Notes: generated from the sequence alone by a model not told the origin. Positions 51,302 to 62,812 are shown, numbered from the stretch's first letter. The stretch: 64,000 nt of DNA from an uncultured delta proteobacterium (GCA_963705165.1 CAVPJD010000024.1:128001-192000), one strand, 5' to 3'. Numbers and translations: made by a program.

Positions 51302-51859
51302 ATGCACAACGCAACCGGTCGGCGACTCATGAGCAGCGCGATGGCCGCTGCCCTGCTTCTTGCCCTGGCGTTGATTGCGTCCTGCACCCCATCTGCGCCC
51401 GGCCCGGCCGCAGAATCGTTCAAGAAGGAAGTCCAGGCGACGAAGGAATCTCTTGCGCCCTCCCTGATGGATGCCGTGGCCAGCCGGGAACCCCGTTCGG
51501 CCAGGAGCATCCTGGAGCGGCAATGCGCCCTGGCCGGAGAGGGTGGCATCCCGTTCACCTGCGGGATCACCGTCCTGGATTCTCACGGCATCACTCTCGC
51601 ATCCGCCACGCCCGGCGAAACGATCAAGCGCCTCGACTACTCGCGCTACGAGGTTGTCATGAAAGCCCTGAAGGAGCGCAAAATCGTCAAGGCGAAGCTC
51701 TACCTCCAGGACCACTCAACACTCTACGTTGTGAGCATCCCCCTCGTGCGCCAGGGGGAGGTGCTGGGGCTCCTGGTGCTTGCCTTTGACGCGGCAGACC
51801 TCCGGAACCGGTTCGGTCTCACCGAGGAGGAATTCCTGAGGGCGGATCTGAACGGCTGA
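51302..51859 (+). CDS. Lipoprotein with a cache-like domain
   Basis: Lipobox IASC; YVVSIPLVRQGEVLGLL is a cache/PAS-like C-terminus. Confidence 0.6.
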   Translation: MHNATGRRLMSSAMAAALLLALALIASCTPSAPGPAAESFKKEVQATKESLAPSLMDAVASREPRSARSILERQCALAGEGGIPFTCGITVLDSHGITLASATPGETIKRLDYSRYEVVMKALKERKIVKAKLYLQDHSTLYVVSIPLVRQGEVLGLLVLAFDAADLRNRFGLTEEEFLRADLNG

Positions 51860-51880
51860 AACCCGTCAAAACCCGGATCG

Positions 51881-53026
51881 ATGGAAGAGATGGAAACAAC
51901 AGGATACCGGCTCAGCGTCGAAGGAAAAGCGGGGGAAGAGGCGACGATCCGCCTCGCAGGCCGCCTTTCGCTGGACGATCTGGAGCCCCTCATGGCCGAC
52001 CTGCAGGCGATCCCGGGGCGCTTGAAGCCCCGGAGGCTTTCCGTCGATCTTGCCGGTGTCGAGTACCTGGACAGCGCCGGGGCGCTCGCCCTGATCGAAC
52101 TGGAGAACCTCGCCAAATCGCTTGCGATCCCCTTTGAACTCCTCAACGTCTCCGGGACGAATCACGGCCTGCTGGGCCTCATCGACCGGGAAGCGCTCCA
52201 GCGGCCGCCGCTGAGGCCGGAATCGGTCCGGCCGACCGCTGTGGAGAAGCTGGGCGAGTTGGCCCGCAGGCAGTACCGCGACTTCCTCGAGATCATGTCC
52301 TTCGTCGGGGAGCTCGTGGTGGCGCTTGCCTGGAGTCTGGCGCATCCCCGCAGCGTGCGCTGGGAGGACGTAAAATTCTACATGAAGCGGGCAGGCGCCG
52401 ACGGGCTTCCCATCGTGGCGCTCATCAGCCTGCTGCTCGGCCTCATCATGGCCTTCATGTCGTCTCTTCAGCTCAAACAGTTCGGGGCCACCATCTACGT
52501 GGCCAACCTCGTGACCCTTGCCATGGTCCGCGAGCTGGGCCCCATCATGACGGCCATCCTCGTGGCGGGCCGCTCGGGATCGGCCTTCGCCGCGGAGATC
52601 GGCACCATGGTCGTCAACGACGAGGTCAACGCGCTGGTGACCATGGGCTTTGACCCTATCCGGTTCCTGGCCGTCCCCAAGGTGCTCGCAGTCATGGTGG
52701 TGGTGCCCATCCTGACCGTCTACGCCGACCTCTTCGCCATCCTCGGCGGCCTCATCGTGGGGATCACGGGCCTGGATCTCACCGCATTCACCTATATCCA
52801 GCAGACAAAGTCCAGCATCCGGGTCTTTGACTTCGCCACGAGCCTGATCAAGGCCGTGGTCTTTGCCCTGCTGATTGCCGGGATCGGCTGCCAGCGGGGA
52901 TTCAAGGTGAAAGGGGGGGCTGAGGGTGTGGGGACGTCGACGACCTCCGCCGTCGTCTCGGCCATTTTCCTGATCATCCTGGCCGATTCGGCCTTTGCCA
53001 TCATGCTGCATTACATCCGGCAGTGA
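51881..53026 (+). CDS. MlaE-family ABC permease with N-terminal STAS domain
   Basis: YLDSAGA; RELGP, GRSGSAFAAEIGTM. Confidence 0.92.
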   Translation: MEEMETTGYRLSVEGKAGEEATIRLAGRLSLDDLEPLMADLQAIPGRLKPRRLSVDLAGVEYLDSAGALALIELENLAKSLAIPFELLNVSGTNHGLLGLIDREALQRPPLRPESVRPTAVEKLGELARRQYRDFLEIMSFVGELVVALAWSLAHPRSVRWEDVKFYMKRAGADGLPIVALISLLLGLIMAFMSSLQLKQFGATIYVANLVTLAMVRELGPIMTAILVAGRSGSAFAAEIGTMVVNDEVNALVTMGFDPIRFLAVPKVLAVMVVVPILTVYADLFAILGGLIVGITGLDLTAFTYIQQTKSSIRVFDFATSLIKAVVFALLIAGIGCQRGFKVKGGAEGVGTSTTSAVVSAIFLIILADSAFAIMLHYIRQ

Positions 53027-53191
53027 CACGTTTGAGAGGACCTTCTTCAAGGGGTTCATGGACGGGCAGATGGCAGGCTGCCGGTTAAAGGAAGTGAGGA
53101 TCAGAAGCCAGGAAGAGCAGAAGAGCGGAGGGGAAAAGAATTATTTCCGCGCTTCCGCTCTTCCGATCTTCGCAAACGCGCTGCACTGAGC

Positions 53192-53989
53192 ATGGACAAG
53201 GCACCTTACTATCGTACGGGGGTAACATTGGGATCGCCCAACACAGAGCCGGTCATCATCGTCGAGAACCTCACGGCACGCTATGGCGACGTGACGATCC
53301 TTGAGGACGTGAGCTTCGAGGTCCGCCGGGGCGAGCGGTTCATGATCCTCGGGGGCAGCGGCTGTGGAAAATCGACGCTGCTCAAGCACATGATCGGCCT
53401 CATCAAGCCCTCTGCGGGCCGGGTCATCATCAACGGCATCGACATTGCCCGGGCCGACGAGGAGGCGCTTCACCGGGTTCGAAGCGATCTCGGCGTGCTC
53501 TTCCAGGCCGATGCCCTTTTCGGCTCCATGTCGCTTGCGCAGAACGTGGCCCTGCCGCTTGCGGAGTACACCAACCTTTCGCCGGAGCTGATCCGCGAGA
53601 TCGTCCGGATGAAGCTCGGTCTTGTGCACCTGGTGGGCTATGACAATCACATGCCGGCAGAGCTTTCCGGGGGCATGCGAAAACGGGCGGGGCTGGCGAG
53701 GGCCATGGCCCTTGACCCCACGTTCCTCTTCTTCGACGAACCCTGGGCGGGCCTCGATCCCGTGACGGCCGCCGAGCTCGACATCCTCATCCGCAGCCTC
53801 AACGAGGGGATCGGCACGACGATGGTCTTCGTCACCCAGGAGCTGGCCTCCATCTTCAGTCTCGGCGAGCGCTCCATCATGCTCCACAAGGACACGAAAG
53901 GCATCATCGCACGGGGAACGCCGGCAGAGCTCCGGGAAAAGTCAACGGACCCCCGGGTGCTCAACTTTTTCAACCGTCAGGCCGACTGA
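53192..53989 (+). CDS. MlaF-family ABC ATP-binding protein
   Basis: GGSGCGKST, LSGGM, FFDEP. Confidence 0.92.
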   Translation: MDKAPYYRTGVTLGSPNTEPVIIVENLTARYGDVTILEDVSFEVRRGERFMILGGSGCGKSTLLKHMIGLIKPSAGRVIINGIDIARADEEALHRVRSDLGVLFQADALFGSMSLAQNVALPLAEYTNLSPELIREIVRMKLGLVHLVGYDNHMPAELSGGMRKRAGLARAMALDPTFLFFDEPWAGLDPVTAAELDILIRSLNEGIGTTMVFVTQELASIFSLGERSIMLHKDTKGIIARGTPAELREKSTDPRVLNFFNRQAD

Positions 53990-54184
53990 GGAGATGCGAG
54001 GAGGTTAGGAAGATCAGAAGAGCGGGAAAAGTGGATCGGGTCTGTTTTTTCTTTGGTTGTTCCTTCCGCTCCTCCTCACTTCCTCGCTTCCGATCTTCGC
54101 AGTCAGAAAGCCTGAAGGCATCGATAAGGCTGTTTTGAAGATGCAGCCCGATTGATAGAACATTAGCCAGGGAGAAGCACCAAG

Positions 54185-55114
54185 ATGGTCAGACACGTAT
54201 CAAGCCGTGCCCTCGGGCTCTTCGTCACCGTCGGCGTCATCCTGGGGGTAACCGCAATCATCTGGGTCGGGGCCTCGAAGTACTTCGAAAAAGGGGACCG
54301 CTACGTCACCTTCTTCAACGAGAGCGTCCAGGGCCTCCAGCAGGACTCGGCCGTCAAGTACCGCGGTGTGGATGTGGGTCGCGTGGAGGGAATCCGGGTG
54401 GCTCCCGACAACCGGCTCATCGAGGTGGTCATGAAGATCCGGCTCCGGGAGGAGGTGGAAAAAAATAACGTCGCCTCCCTGAGGGCGGTCGGGATCACTG
54501 GCATCGTCTTCATCGAGCTCGACCGGCGCGATCCCGAGGCGCCCGACCTGTCACCCAGGATCGACTTCGCCTCCGAGTATCCGATCATCCCGTCGAGGCC
54601 GTCACAGCTCAGGCAGATCTTCTCGGGCATCGACGAGATCGTCGAGAAGATCAAGCAGGTCGACCTCGAGGGACTCTCGAAGAGCATCACCAACTCGGCC
54701 AAGGCGGCGGAAGACCTCCTGGCAGGTCCCCGGACGCAGAAAGTGCTGGCAAACCTGGAGTCCATCTCCGTCAACCTCGATCAGACGATGGCCCGCGTCG
54801 AAAAGATCACCGCAGAGGGAAATCTCGAGGGGATTGTCGGCGAGACACGAGCGGCCCTCGTCGAGGCCCGGTCGCTCATCGCCGTCACGCGCGACGAACT
54901 CAAGGCCCTCCGGCTTGCCGAGACGGCGGAAAAAACGAACCGGGTTGTGGACAGCCTTTCCAGGACCTCGCGCACGACGGCCCGGGATCTCCAGGTCATG
55001 AGCGACAACATGAAACGCTCCTCTGAGACTCTGGAGAGGCTCGTGGAGAGGCTGGAGTCCAACCCCTCGGATCTGCTCTTCAGCAAGCCCCCCCCGGCGG
55101 GGAGGAGGGACTGA
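54185..55114 (+). CDS. MlaD/MCE family protein
   Basis: N-terminal transmembrane segment; GL...SAVKYRGVDVGRV. Confidence 0.92.
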   Translation: MVRHVSSRALGLFVTVGVILGVTAIIWVGASKYFEKGDRYVTFFNESVQGLQQDSAVKYRGVDVGRVEGIRVAPDNRLIEVVMKIRLREEVEKNNVASLRAVGITGIVFIELDRRDPEAPDLSPRIDFASEYPIIPSRPSQLRQIFSGIDEIVEKIKQVDLEGLSKSITNSAKAAEDLLAGPRTQKVLANLESISVNLDQTMARVEKITAEGNLEGIVGETRAALVEARSLIAVTRDELKALRLAETAEKTNRVVDSLSRTSRTTARDLQVMSDNMKRSSETLERLVERLESNPSDLLFSKPPPAGRRD

Positions 55115-55186
55115 CAAAGATCGAAGGTAAGAGGGAAGGAGGGTAAGAAGTTGAGAAAAAGAAGGGAACACTGCAGGCAGGGGTGG

Positions 55187-55816
55187 ATGAAACGGATATG
55201 GTTCCTCTTGTTGGCCATGCTCTTCATTGTGGGGTGCGGGGGCGGGAAATCAACCTACGTGGTTCAGCAATACCTCCTGGACTACTCCCCGCCTGCGCTC
55301 GCGGGTCTTACAAAGGCCAACGAGGTGCTCCGCGTGGAACCCTTCTCCACGGCCCAGGCCTTCACCGGCACAGCCATGTTCTACCGACCGTCACCCTTCG
55401 AGCTGAGCTCATACAACAGAGAGCGCTGGCGCGTGATGCCGGGCGACATGGTGACGGATTTCCTGCTGAGGGACCTGCGCAACTCAGGCGCGTTCATGGC
55501 CGTCCTGGCCTACGAGGATCCGGGCGAGGGCCGCTTCGTTGTGACAGGCACCGTTGCCGAGTTCCTGGAGGTGGACGGAAGAGACGGCCCCAGGGCCCGG
55601 CTTTCCGTCGACGCGACTCTCCTGGACACAACGCAGCGGGAGATCACAAAGCGCGTCGTCTTCCAGAAGACCTACACGGTCGAGGAGGCGATGAAGGACA
55701 GGTCGGCCGGGGCCCTTGCCGAGTCCATGAGCGGGGCCATGAAAAAGTTCTCCGGGGAGCTCATGCTGGACATTCACCGAGCGATGGGCAGAGTGAAGGT
55801 TTCGAACTCGCCCTAG
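55187..55816 (+). CDS. ABC-type transport auxiliary lipoprotein (PqiC-like)
   Basis: Lipobox IVGC; position after the MCE gene. Confidence 0.8.
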   Translation: MKRIWFLLLAMLFIVGCGGGKSTYVVQQYLLDYSPPALAGLTKANEVLRVEPFSTAQAFTGTAMFYRPSPFELSSYNRERWRVMPGDMVTDFLLRDLRNSGAFMAVLAYEDPGEGRFVVTGTVAEFLEVDGRDGPRARLSVDATLLDTTQREITKRVVFQKTYTVEEAMKDRSAGALAESMSGAMKKFSGELMLDIHRAMGRVKVSNSP

Positions 55817-55912
55817 CGCATCTGGATGTTTTCATCAAAACGACCCATGCCACGGGGCCATGTTGCCGGAAATGGAACCCCGTCGCAGAAAAAACCGGGA
55901 AAAGGTGATGTC

Positions 55913-56476
55913 ATGACGATCAAGGAAAAGGATTATTTCACCGCCCTTTACGAAGTGGCCAGGGTAATCAACGCCTCCCTGGAGCCCTCGGAAGTCCTCG
56001 AAAAGATCGCCCACTGCGTAACCGAGGCGATGGGCGTGAAGGCCTGCTCCATCCGCCTGCTCGATGCGCGCGGAAAGCGTCTTCTCATCGGGGCATCCCA
56101 GGGGCTTTCGAAGGGGTACCTCCACAAGGGCCCTGTTTTGGTGAAGGAAAGCGGCATCGACCGCAAGGCCCTGGGGGGCAAGACGATCTGGATCGAAGAC
56201 GCCCAGTCGGACAGGGATTTCCAGTACACCGCCGACGCCAAAAAGGAGAAAATCCGATCCATCCTGGTGGTCCCGCTGGTTGTCGGGAAGAAAGCCATCG
56301 GGGTCCTTCGCGCCTACACGAAGGAGGAGCGGAAGTTCGATAAACAGGAAGTCCGGTTCCTCGAGGCCGTGGCCAACCTGAGCGCCATCGCCCTGGACAA
56401 CGCCCGCCTATACAATGCCCTCAAGACGAATTTCGAACTGCTCGTGGAGCACAAGTACAGGATTGATGACAATTGA
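55913..56476 (+). CDS. Stand-alone GAF domain protein
   Basis: SILVVPL...IGVL...AIALDNARLY. Confidence 0.85.
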   Translation: MTIKEKDYFTALYEVARVINASLEPSEVLEKIAHCVTEAMGVKACSIRLLDARGKRLLIGASQGLSKGYLHKGPVLVKESGIDRKALGGKTIWIEDAQSDRDFQYTADAKKEKIRSILVVPLVVGKKAIGVLRAYTKEERKFDKQEVRFLEAVANLSAIALDNARLYNALKTNFELLVEHKYRIDDN

Positions 56477-56495
56477 AAGGCAGGCATAAGGCTAA

Positions 56496-57563
<1,068 letters not shown>

Positions 57564-57583
57564 AAAAAGGTCAGGAGTGCGCC

Positions 57584-59713
57584 ATGCCAAAGCTGATCCT
57601 TCCGCGTAAAATCCGCAAGCGCGACGGCTCCGTCGTCCCTTTCGAAAAGGAAAAGATCCGCTACGCCGTCGAGCGAGCGGCCTTCGAGGTCCTCCAGGAC
57701 CGCCTGAAGTCGATTACCGTCTCCGAGACGGTGACCGACACCGTCCTGGCCGACGCAAGCCGCCTCTACCGGAAGGCGACCCCCGGCGTCGAGGCCATTC
57801 AGGACCTCGTCGAGCAGGGCCTCATGAAGGCGGGTTACGGCCCCATCGCCCGGGCCTATATCCTCTACCGCGAGCGCCGTGCGGAGATGCGCCAGGCCAA
57901 GGCGGCCCTGGGCCTCAAAGACGACCTCAAGTTCCCCATCAACGCCATGGAAGTCCTCAAGAAGCGCTACCTGATCAAGGACGACGAGCGCAACATCGTC
58001 GAAACGCCAGGCGAGCTTTTCCGCCGGGTGGCCCGCCACGTGGCCCGGGGGGAGGATGGCTTCAAGTCGGCCGTCTCGGCCACCGAAGCCGAAGAGACCT
58101 TCTATGACATGATGCGCGAGCTCACCTTCCTGCCCAACTCGCCGACCCTCATGAACGCGGGGACGGCGCTTGGTCAGCTCTCGGCCTGTTTTGTGCTGCC
58201 CGTGGGGGACTCCATCGACGGGATCTTCGGGGCGCTTCATCACATGGCAAAGATCCATCAGTCCGGCGGCGGCACGGGTTTTAATTTTTCGCACCTGCGG
58301 CCCAAAGGGGCCCTCGTCAAGACAACCAAGGGCGAGGCCTCGGGGCCCGTTTCCTTCATGAGCATCTTCGATGCAGCCACCGGGGTCATCGTCCAGGGAG
58401 GGCGCCGGCGGGGGGCCAACATGGGGATTTTGCGCTGCGACCACCCGGACATCATGGACTTTATCGAGGCCAAGATCGACAAGGGTCGCTTTGCCAACTT
58501 CAACCTCTCCATCGCCGTGACGGACCGCTTCATGGATGCCGTGCGCCGCGACGGCAACTTCGACGTTGTGAACCCCCGGACGGGAAAGAAGGACCGCACG
58601 GTGAGGGCAAGGACAATCTTCGACCTGATCGTCTACGGGGCCTGGCGCACAGGAGACCCGGGACTCATCTTCGTCGACGCGATCAACCGGCAGAACCCAA
58701 CGCCGGCCCTGGGGCGCATCGAGGCTACAAACCCCTGCGGGGAGTTGCCGCTGCTGCCCTACGAGAGCTGCAACCTGGGATCCGTGAACCTCGCCAGGAT
58801 GGTGAAAAACGGCAAGCCCGACTGGAAGCGTCTGGCCGAGACGATCCGCTGGGGGGTACGCTTCCTCGACGACGTCATCGAGGTGAACAACTTCCCCATG
58901 CCCGAGATAGAGCAAATCACGCGCGGAAACCGCAAGATCGGCCTCGGCGTCATGGGGTTTGCCGACATGCTCATCCGCCTCGGGATCCCCTACAATTCCC
59001 CGGAGGCAGAGCGCTTCGCCCGGAGGCTCATGGCCTTCATCCGCCGCGAGTCGCTGAAGGCCTCGGCGGCGCTTGCCGCCGAGCGGGGTGTCTTCCCGAA
59101 TTACGACCAATCGATCTTCGCGCGGAAGAACCTCCCCGTGCGAAACGCGACGGTGAACACCGTCGCCCCCACGGGGACGATCAGCATCATCGCCGGCTGT
59201 TCGAGCGGCATCGAGCCGCTCTTTGCCATCAGCTTCGTGCGCAATGTCCTGTCGGGCACGCGGCTCTTCGAGATCAACCCGATCTTCGAGAAGGTCGCCC
59301 GGGCACGGGGAATCTACAAGCGGGAAATCCTCGCCGAGATCGCCCGCTGGGGGAGCCTGCAGAAGATCAAGGGAATCCCGCGGGACATCAAGAGGGTTTT
59401 CGTGACGGCCTTCGACGTGGAGCCGGAGCAACACTTGAGAATTCAGGCCGCTTTCCAGGAGCACTGCGACAACTCGGTGTCCAAGACGATCAATCTTCCC
59501 ATGGAGTCGACCATCGATGAGGTGCGCAACATCTACCTTGCGGCCCACAAGCTCAAGTGCAAGGGGATCACCATCTACCGCTACGGGAGCCGGGCCGAGC
59601 AGGTCCTCTCCTTCCGGGGAGCCGATGGCGGCCCCGTGATTCTCGAGGAGGATCTCATGGCGGCCGACTCGGAGTTCGCCGGCGGCTGCATGACGGGAAC
59701 GTGTACCTTTTAA
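57584..59713 (+). CDS. nrdJ: Adenosylcobalamin-dependent (class II) ribonucleotide reductase with ATP cone
   Basis: ATP cone KRDG, PNSPTLMN, TNPCGE, APTGTIS, C-terminal CxxxxC; no small subunit nearby. Confidence 0.88.
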   Translation: MPKLILPRKIRKRDGSVVPFEKEKIRYAVERAAFEVLQDRLKSITVSETVTDTVLADASRLYRKATPGVEAIQDLVEQGLMKAGYGPIARAYILYRERRAEMRQAKAALGLKDDLKFPINAMEVLKKRYLIKDDERNIVETPGELFRRVARHVARGEDGFKSAVSATEAEETFYDMMRELTFLPNSPTLMNAGTALGQLSACFVLPVGDSIDGIFGALHHMAKIHQSGGGTGFNFSHLRPKGALVKTTKGEASGPVSFMSIFDAATGVIVQGGRRRGANMGILRCDHPDIMDFIEAKIDKGRFANFNLSIAVTDRFMDAVRRDGNFDVVNPRTGKKDRTVRARTIFDLIVYGAWRTGDPGLIFVDAINRQNPTPALGRIEATNPCGELPLLPYESCNLGSVNLARMVKNGKPDWKRLAETIRWGVRFLDDVIEVNNFPMPEIEQITRGNRKIGLGVMGFADMLIRLGIPYNSPEAERFARRLMAFIRRESLKASAALAAERGVFPNYDQSIFARKNLPVRNATVNTVAPTGTISIIAGCSSGIEPLFAISFVRNVLSGTRLFEINPIFEKVARARGIYKREILAEIARWGSLQKIKGIPRDIKRVFVTAFDVEPEQHLRIQAAFQEHCDNSVSKTINLPMESTIDEVRNIYLAAHKLKCKGITIYRYGSRAEQVLSFRGADGGPVILEEDLMAADSEFAGGCMTGTCTF

Positions 59714-59731
59714 GCCTTCTTCCCGTCAGCT

Positions 59732-59770
59732 CCCTCTCCCTTGAGGGGAGAGGGTCGGGGTGAGGGTGAA
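59732..59770. repeat. Palindromic REP-like repeat, variant copy
   Basis: CCCTCTCCCTTGAGGGGAGAGGGTCGGGGTGAGGGTGAA. Confidence 0.8.
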
Positions 59771-59819
59771 CAGATCTTCTTCCTCAAAGGAAGACTGACA
59801 TAATGCGAAAGGCTTAAGC

Positions 59820-60278
59820 ATGAAGAAGAGTCGTGTCGAGGAAGTGGTAAACACACACGCGGAGGGTTTCAGCTGCGCCCAGGCCCTTCTCGCAGTTTAT
59901 GGGCCGGAACTGGGCGTGGACAGGGAAACGGCGCTGAAGATCGCCGGCGGGTTCGGAGGCGGCATGGGCCGCATGGCGGGAACCTGCGGGGCTGTGACGG
60001 GAGCCTTCATGGTCATCGGCCTGATCCACAGCATGACGAAGAAGGGCGACCTGCCGCAGAAGGAGCTTTCCTACGAGTACATCCGGAAGTTTGCCGAGAC
60101 ATTCAGGAAGCGAAACGGGTCCCTTGTATGCAGGGAGCTCATGGGTGTTGACGTGAGCACGCCGGAGGGCTTTGCCGAATCCAAGGCCAAGAACATCCCC
60201 CGGACCGTTTGCCCGAAATTCGTCCGCGACGCCGCGGAGATCCTCGAGGAGATGCTGGGCGATTCCCTCGGGAAGTGA
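59820..60278 (+). CDS. C-GCAxxG-C-C family putative redox protein
   Basis: FSCAQ, GTCGAVTG, VCREL, VCPKF. Confidence 0.88.
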   Translation: MKKSRVEEVVNTHAEGFSCAQALLAVYGPELGVDRETALKIAGGFGGGMGRMAGTCGAVTGAFMVIGLIHSMTKKGDLPQKELSYEYIRKFAETFRKRNGSLVCRELMGVDVSTPEGFAESKAKNIPRTVCPKFVRDAAEILEEMLGDSLGK

Positions 60279-60298
60279 CGCCCGACAGGAGCAGGATC

Positions 60299-60580
60299 AT
60301 GAAGAAAAAGGAGACCCGTAACCTCAGGGGCCTTTACTCGGTGGGGCCGGCCACGGTGCGCGATCTGAAGCTCCTCGGGATCACCCGGGTGGAGCAGCTG
60401 GTCGGGCAGGACGCTCGGAAGCTCTACGATCGCCTGGGCAGGCTGATGGGGAAGCGATACGATCCCTGCGTAATGGATGTCTTCTCGGCGGCGATTGCGC
60501 AGGCGCAAGACCCCGGCCTTCCAAAAGAGAAGTGCAAGTGGTGGTACTGGAGCCGGGTCCGGAAATCAGGCAAGAAATGA
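60299..60580 (+). CDS. Small helix-hairpin-helix protein (Cdd1/mitomycin-resistance-like)
   Basis: SVGPATVRDL.LLGI, DPCVMDVF, KWWYW. Confidence 0.8.
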   Translation: MKKKETRNLRGLYSVGPATVRDLKLLGITRVEQLVGQDARKLYDRLGRLMGKRYDPCVMDVFSAAIAQAQDPGLPKEKCKWWYWSRVRKSGKK

Positions 60581-60599
60581 AACGGGTCCTGCACTCGAC

Positions 60600-61142
60600 T
60601 CACTTCATGAAATCGCCTGCCGAAACAACCTCCGCGTAGATCCCCTGCAGGGCGGCCATGAACGCGCCGTGCACGGCCCACGCCGGTACGACCTCCCCCT
60701 TGAAGGTCAGGTTCCTCGTCGCACAGGCATCCTCGATGACGGTGCACTTGAACCCCAGATCGAAGGCCGCCCGCGCTGTGGCGTCGATGCACATCTGGGA
60801 CATGGCGCCGCAGATGACAAGCTGCCCGATCTCCTCTTTTTTCAACAGCTCCAGAAGATTCGTGCCCCGGAAGCCGTTCGGGAAGTACTTGGTCACCACC
60901 GGTTCAGCCGGCAGGGGCTCAACGACGGGATGAATCTCGGCCCCGGGAGTATCAGGGATGAAGAACGTTGCGCCGGCCCGTTTCGAGAGATGCCGGACGT
61001 GAAAGACGGGTTCGGAACGCTCCCGGAAACCCTGTAGAAGTGCGTTTGCCTTCCCGGCCGCCGCCTCCATCCCCACGAGTTGCATCGCCCCGCCCGTGAA
61101 GTAGTCGTTCTGGATATCCACCAGCAAAAGACCCCGTTTCAT
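60600..61142 (-). CDS. Isochorismatase-family cysteine hydrolase
   Basis: LVDIQNDYF, GAMSQMCIDATAR. Confidence 0.92.
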   Translation of the reverse strand: MKRGLLLVDIQNDYFTGGAMQLVGMEAAAGKANALLQGFRERSEPVFHVRHLSKRAGATFFIPDTPGAEIHPVVEPLPAEPVVTKYFPNGFRGTNLLELLKKEEIGQLVICGAMSQMCIDATARAAFDLGFKCTVIEDACATRNLTFKGEVVPAWAVHGAFMAALQGIYAEVVSAGDFMK

Positions 61143-61156
61143 GAGCCTCCCTCCTT

Positions 61157-62086
61157 TCAGGCCTTCATACCCGATGCGGCTTCGATCCTTTTCAGTTCGT
61201 CAAAGAGCCTTTGGTTCACCGGGGTCGCCACACCGTAGCGCTTCCCCAGCTCGATCACCGTCCCGGCAAACATCTCTACCTCGGTCTTGCGGCCGGCCTC
61301 GACATCCTGGAACATGGAGGTCTTTCCCTCCGGGTTCAGGCCCTCGAGGACTTGGTACCACTCCCCAATATCCTTTTCGCCCAGATCCACCTTTACCGCC
61401 CCGGCGATCGCGATGACTTCCCGCATGGCCGAATCCATGAGCTCCCGGGCCTCGGAAGAAGACCGCAGGGCGCCGTAGTTCGCCCTCAGGATGGCCGAGG
61501 TCTGATTGGCCCCCACATTGACCATGTACTTGAACCAGAGGCTGCGGATCATGTCCGGCGGGATCACGTGGGCAATCCCCGCCCTGTCGAAGAGTTCATG
61601 AATGCGCCGGACCCGGTCCGTCATGTCGGCGTTCTTTGCCTCGCCGAAGAAGATCCGTCCCTGGTTCGTGTAGTTGACGCTGTTGCCCTCCCGGACGGCG
61701 TCGATCCCAAGGGTCAGGCCGTAGACAACCTTGTCCTTCCCGTAAACCGCGCCGATGCGCTCCTCGCTGTCGATGCCGTTCATGACGGACAGGATCGTCG
61801 TCCCCGGCCCTATGGCCTTCTTCATCTCGCCCATGGCCTGGTCGAGATGATGGTGCTTGACCGCCACGATGAGCAGATCGGCAGGCGCGGCCGCCTCGGG
61901 GCTTTCCACCGTGATGCCGTAACGTTTTCCGTTCACGACGACCCCGTCGCGCCTCAATGTTTCGCAGCGCTTTCCCGCCGCGATGAAGGAAACGCATCGG
62001 GGGTCCATTTCGTAGAGGATGCTTCCGTAGGCCGCCCCGAGGGCCCCGGCACCGATGATGGCGACTTTTTCGATGGATAGTTTCAT
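61157..62086 (-). CDS. panE: Ketopantoate reductase family protein
   Basis: IIGAGALG, MNGI, TSMFQDVEAGRKTE. Confidence 0.85.
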   Translation of the reverse strand: MKLSIEKVAIIGAGALGAAYGSILYEMDPRCVSFIAAGKRCETLRRDGVVVNGKRYGITVESPEAAAPADLLIVAVKHHHLDQAMGEMKKAIGPGTTILSVMNGIDSEERIGAVYGKDKVVYGLTLGIDAVREGNSVNYTNQGRIFFGEAKNADMTDRVRRIHELFDRAGIAHVIPPDMIRSLWFKYMVNVGANQTSAILRANYGALRSSSEARELMDSAMREVIAIAGAVKVDLGEKDIGEWYQVLEGLNPEGKTSMFQDVEAGRKTEVEMFAGTVIELGKRYGVATPVNQRLFDELKRIEAASGMKA

Positions 62087-62162
62087 GTGCGCTTCACCCT
62101 GAATAAACCTTCGCCCTTCCGTCCGATCGCGCCCGTGGACGGAAGGGCGAAGCCGGCAGCTC

Positions 62163-62705
62163 TTATTTTTTGGCTTTCTTTTTCGCTTTGGGCCGGGCCT
62201 TCCCTTTCATTTTTGCAGCGAACTTCTCCAGCTCGGTTTCGAGATAGATCGCCTTTTTCAGTTCGGCGAAGAGGATCTTGTTTTTGGGGCGGTCTGTAAT
62301 CTTGTGGATGTCGATGTAGCGGATGATCCCGAACTTGTCGAGAACGAAAATCGCCCGCTCCGAAAATCCTTCCTTTCTCCTCACTCCGTACTTCTTCGCG
62401 ACGGAGGCCTGCGGGGAGAAGTCGCTCAGCAGCGGGAAGGAGATCCCGCCGAGGCTTTCCGCCCATGCCTTCAGGCAGGGGACATGGTCGACGCTGATGC
62501 CCAGGACCTGGGCATTGAGCTTCCCGAACTTGGCCATTTCGGCTTCGTACGAGGGAAGCTGATTCGTTCAGACCGGTGTCCAGGCCAGGGGAAAGAACGC
62601 GACGACGACGGGGCCCTTGCCGAGGCACTTGCTGAGCGTCACCTTTTTGTCCAGATGGCTCGGCAGGGTGAAGTTAGGGGCCTTTTGCCCGACTTTCAGC
62701 TTCAT
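62163..62705 (-). CDS. Selenocysteine-containing peroxiredoxin (AhpE/AhpC-TSA family), 180 aa
   Basis: ATG 62705 after AAGGAGG. MKLKVGQKAPNFTL...FFPLAWTPV-TGA-TNQLP continues in frame into ORF 62163-62537, and the TGA (62568-70) occupies the peroxidatic Cys position of PxxxTxxC. Confidence 0.9.
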
Positions 62706-62812
62706 GTTCAACCTCCTTGAAAAATGGGATGGATTGATCTCAGGCAGGCGTGCGCCTGGGCTTCACAATGGGTTGCATTTTAACACGGTTCTGGAAAAGG
62801 GGAAATGAGATT

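Noticed and set aside
59820..60278. C-GCAxxG-C-C protein as a third selenoprotein
   Set aside because: All conserved positions are Cys codons and there is no in-frame TGA
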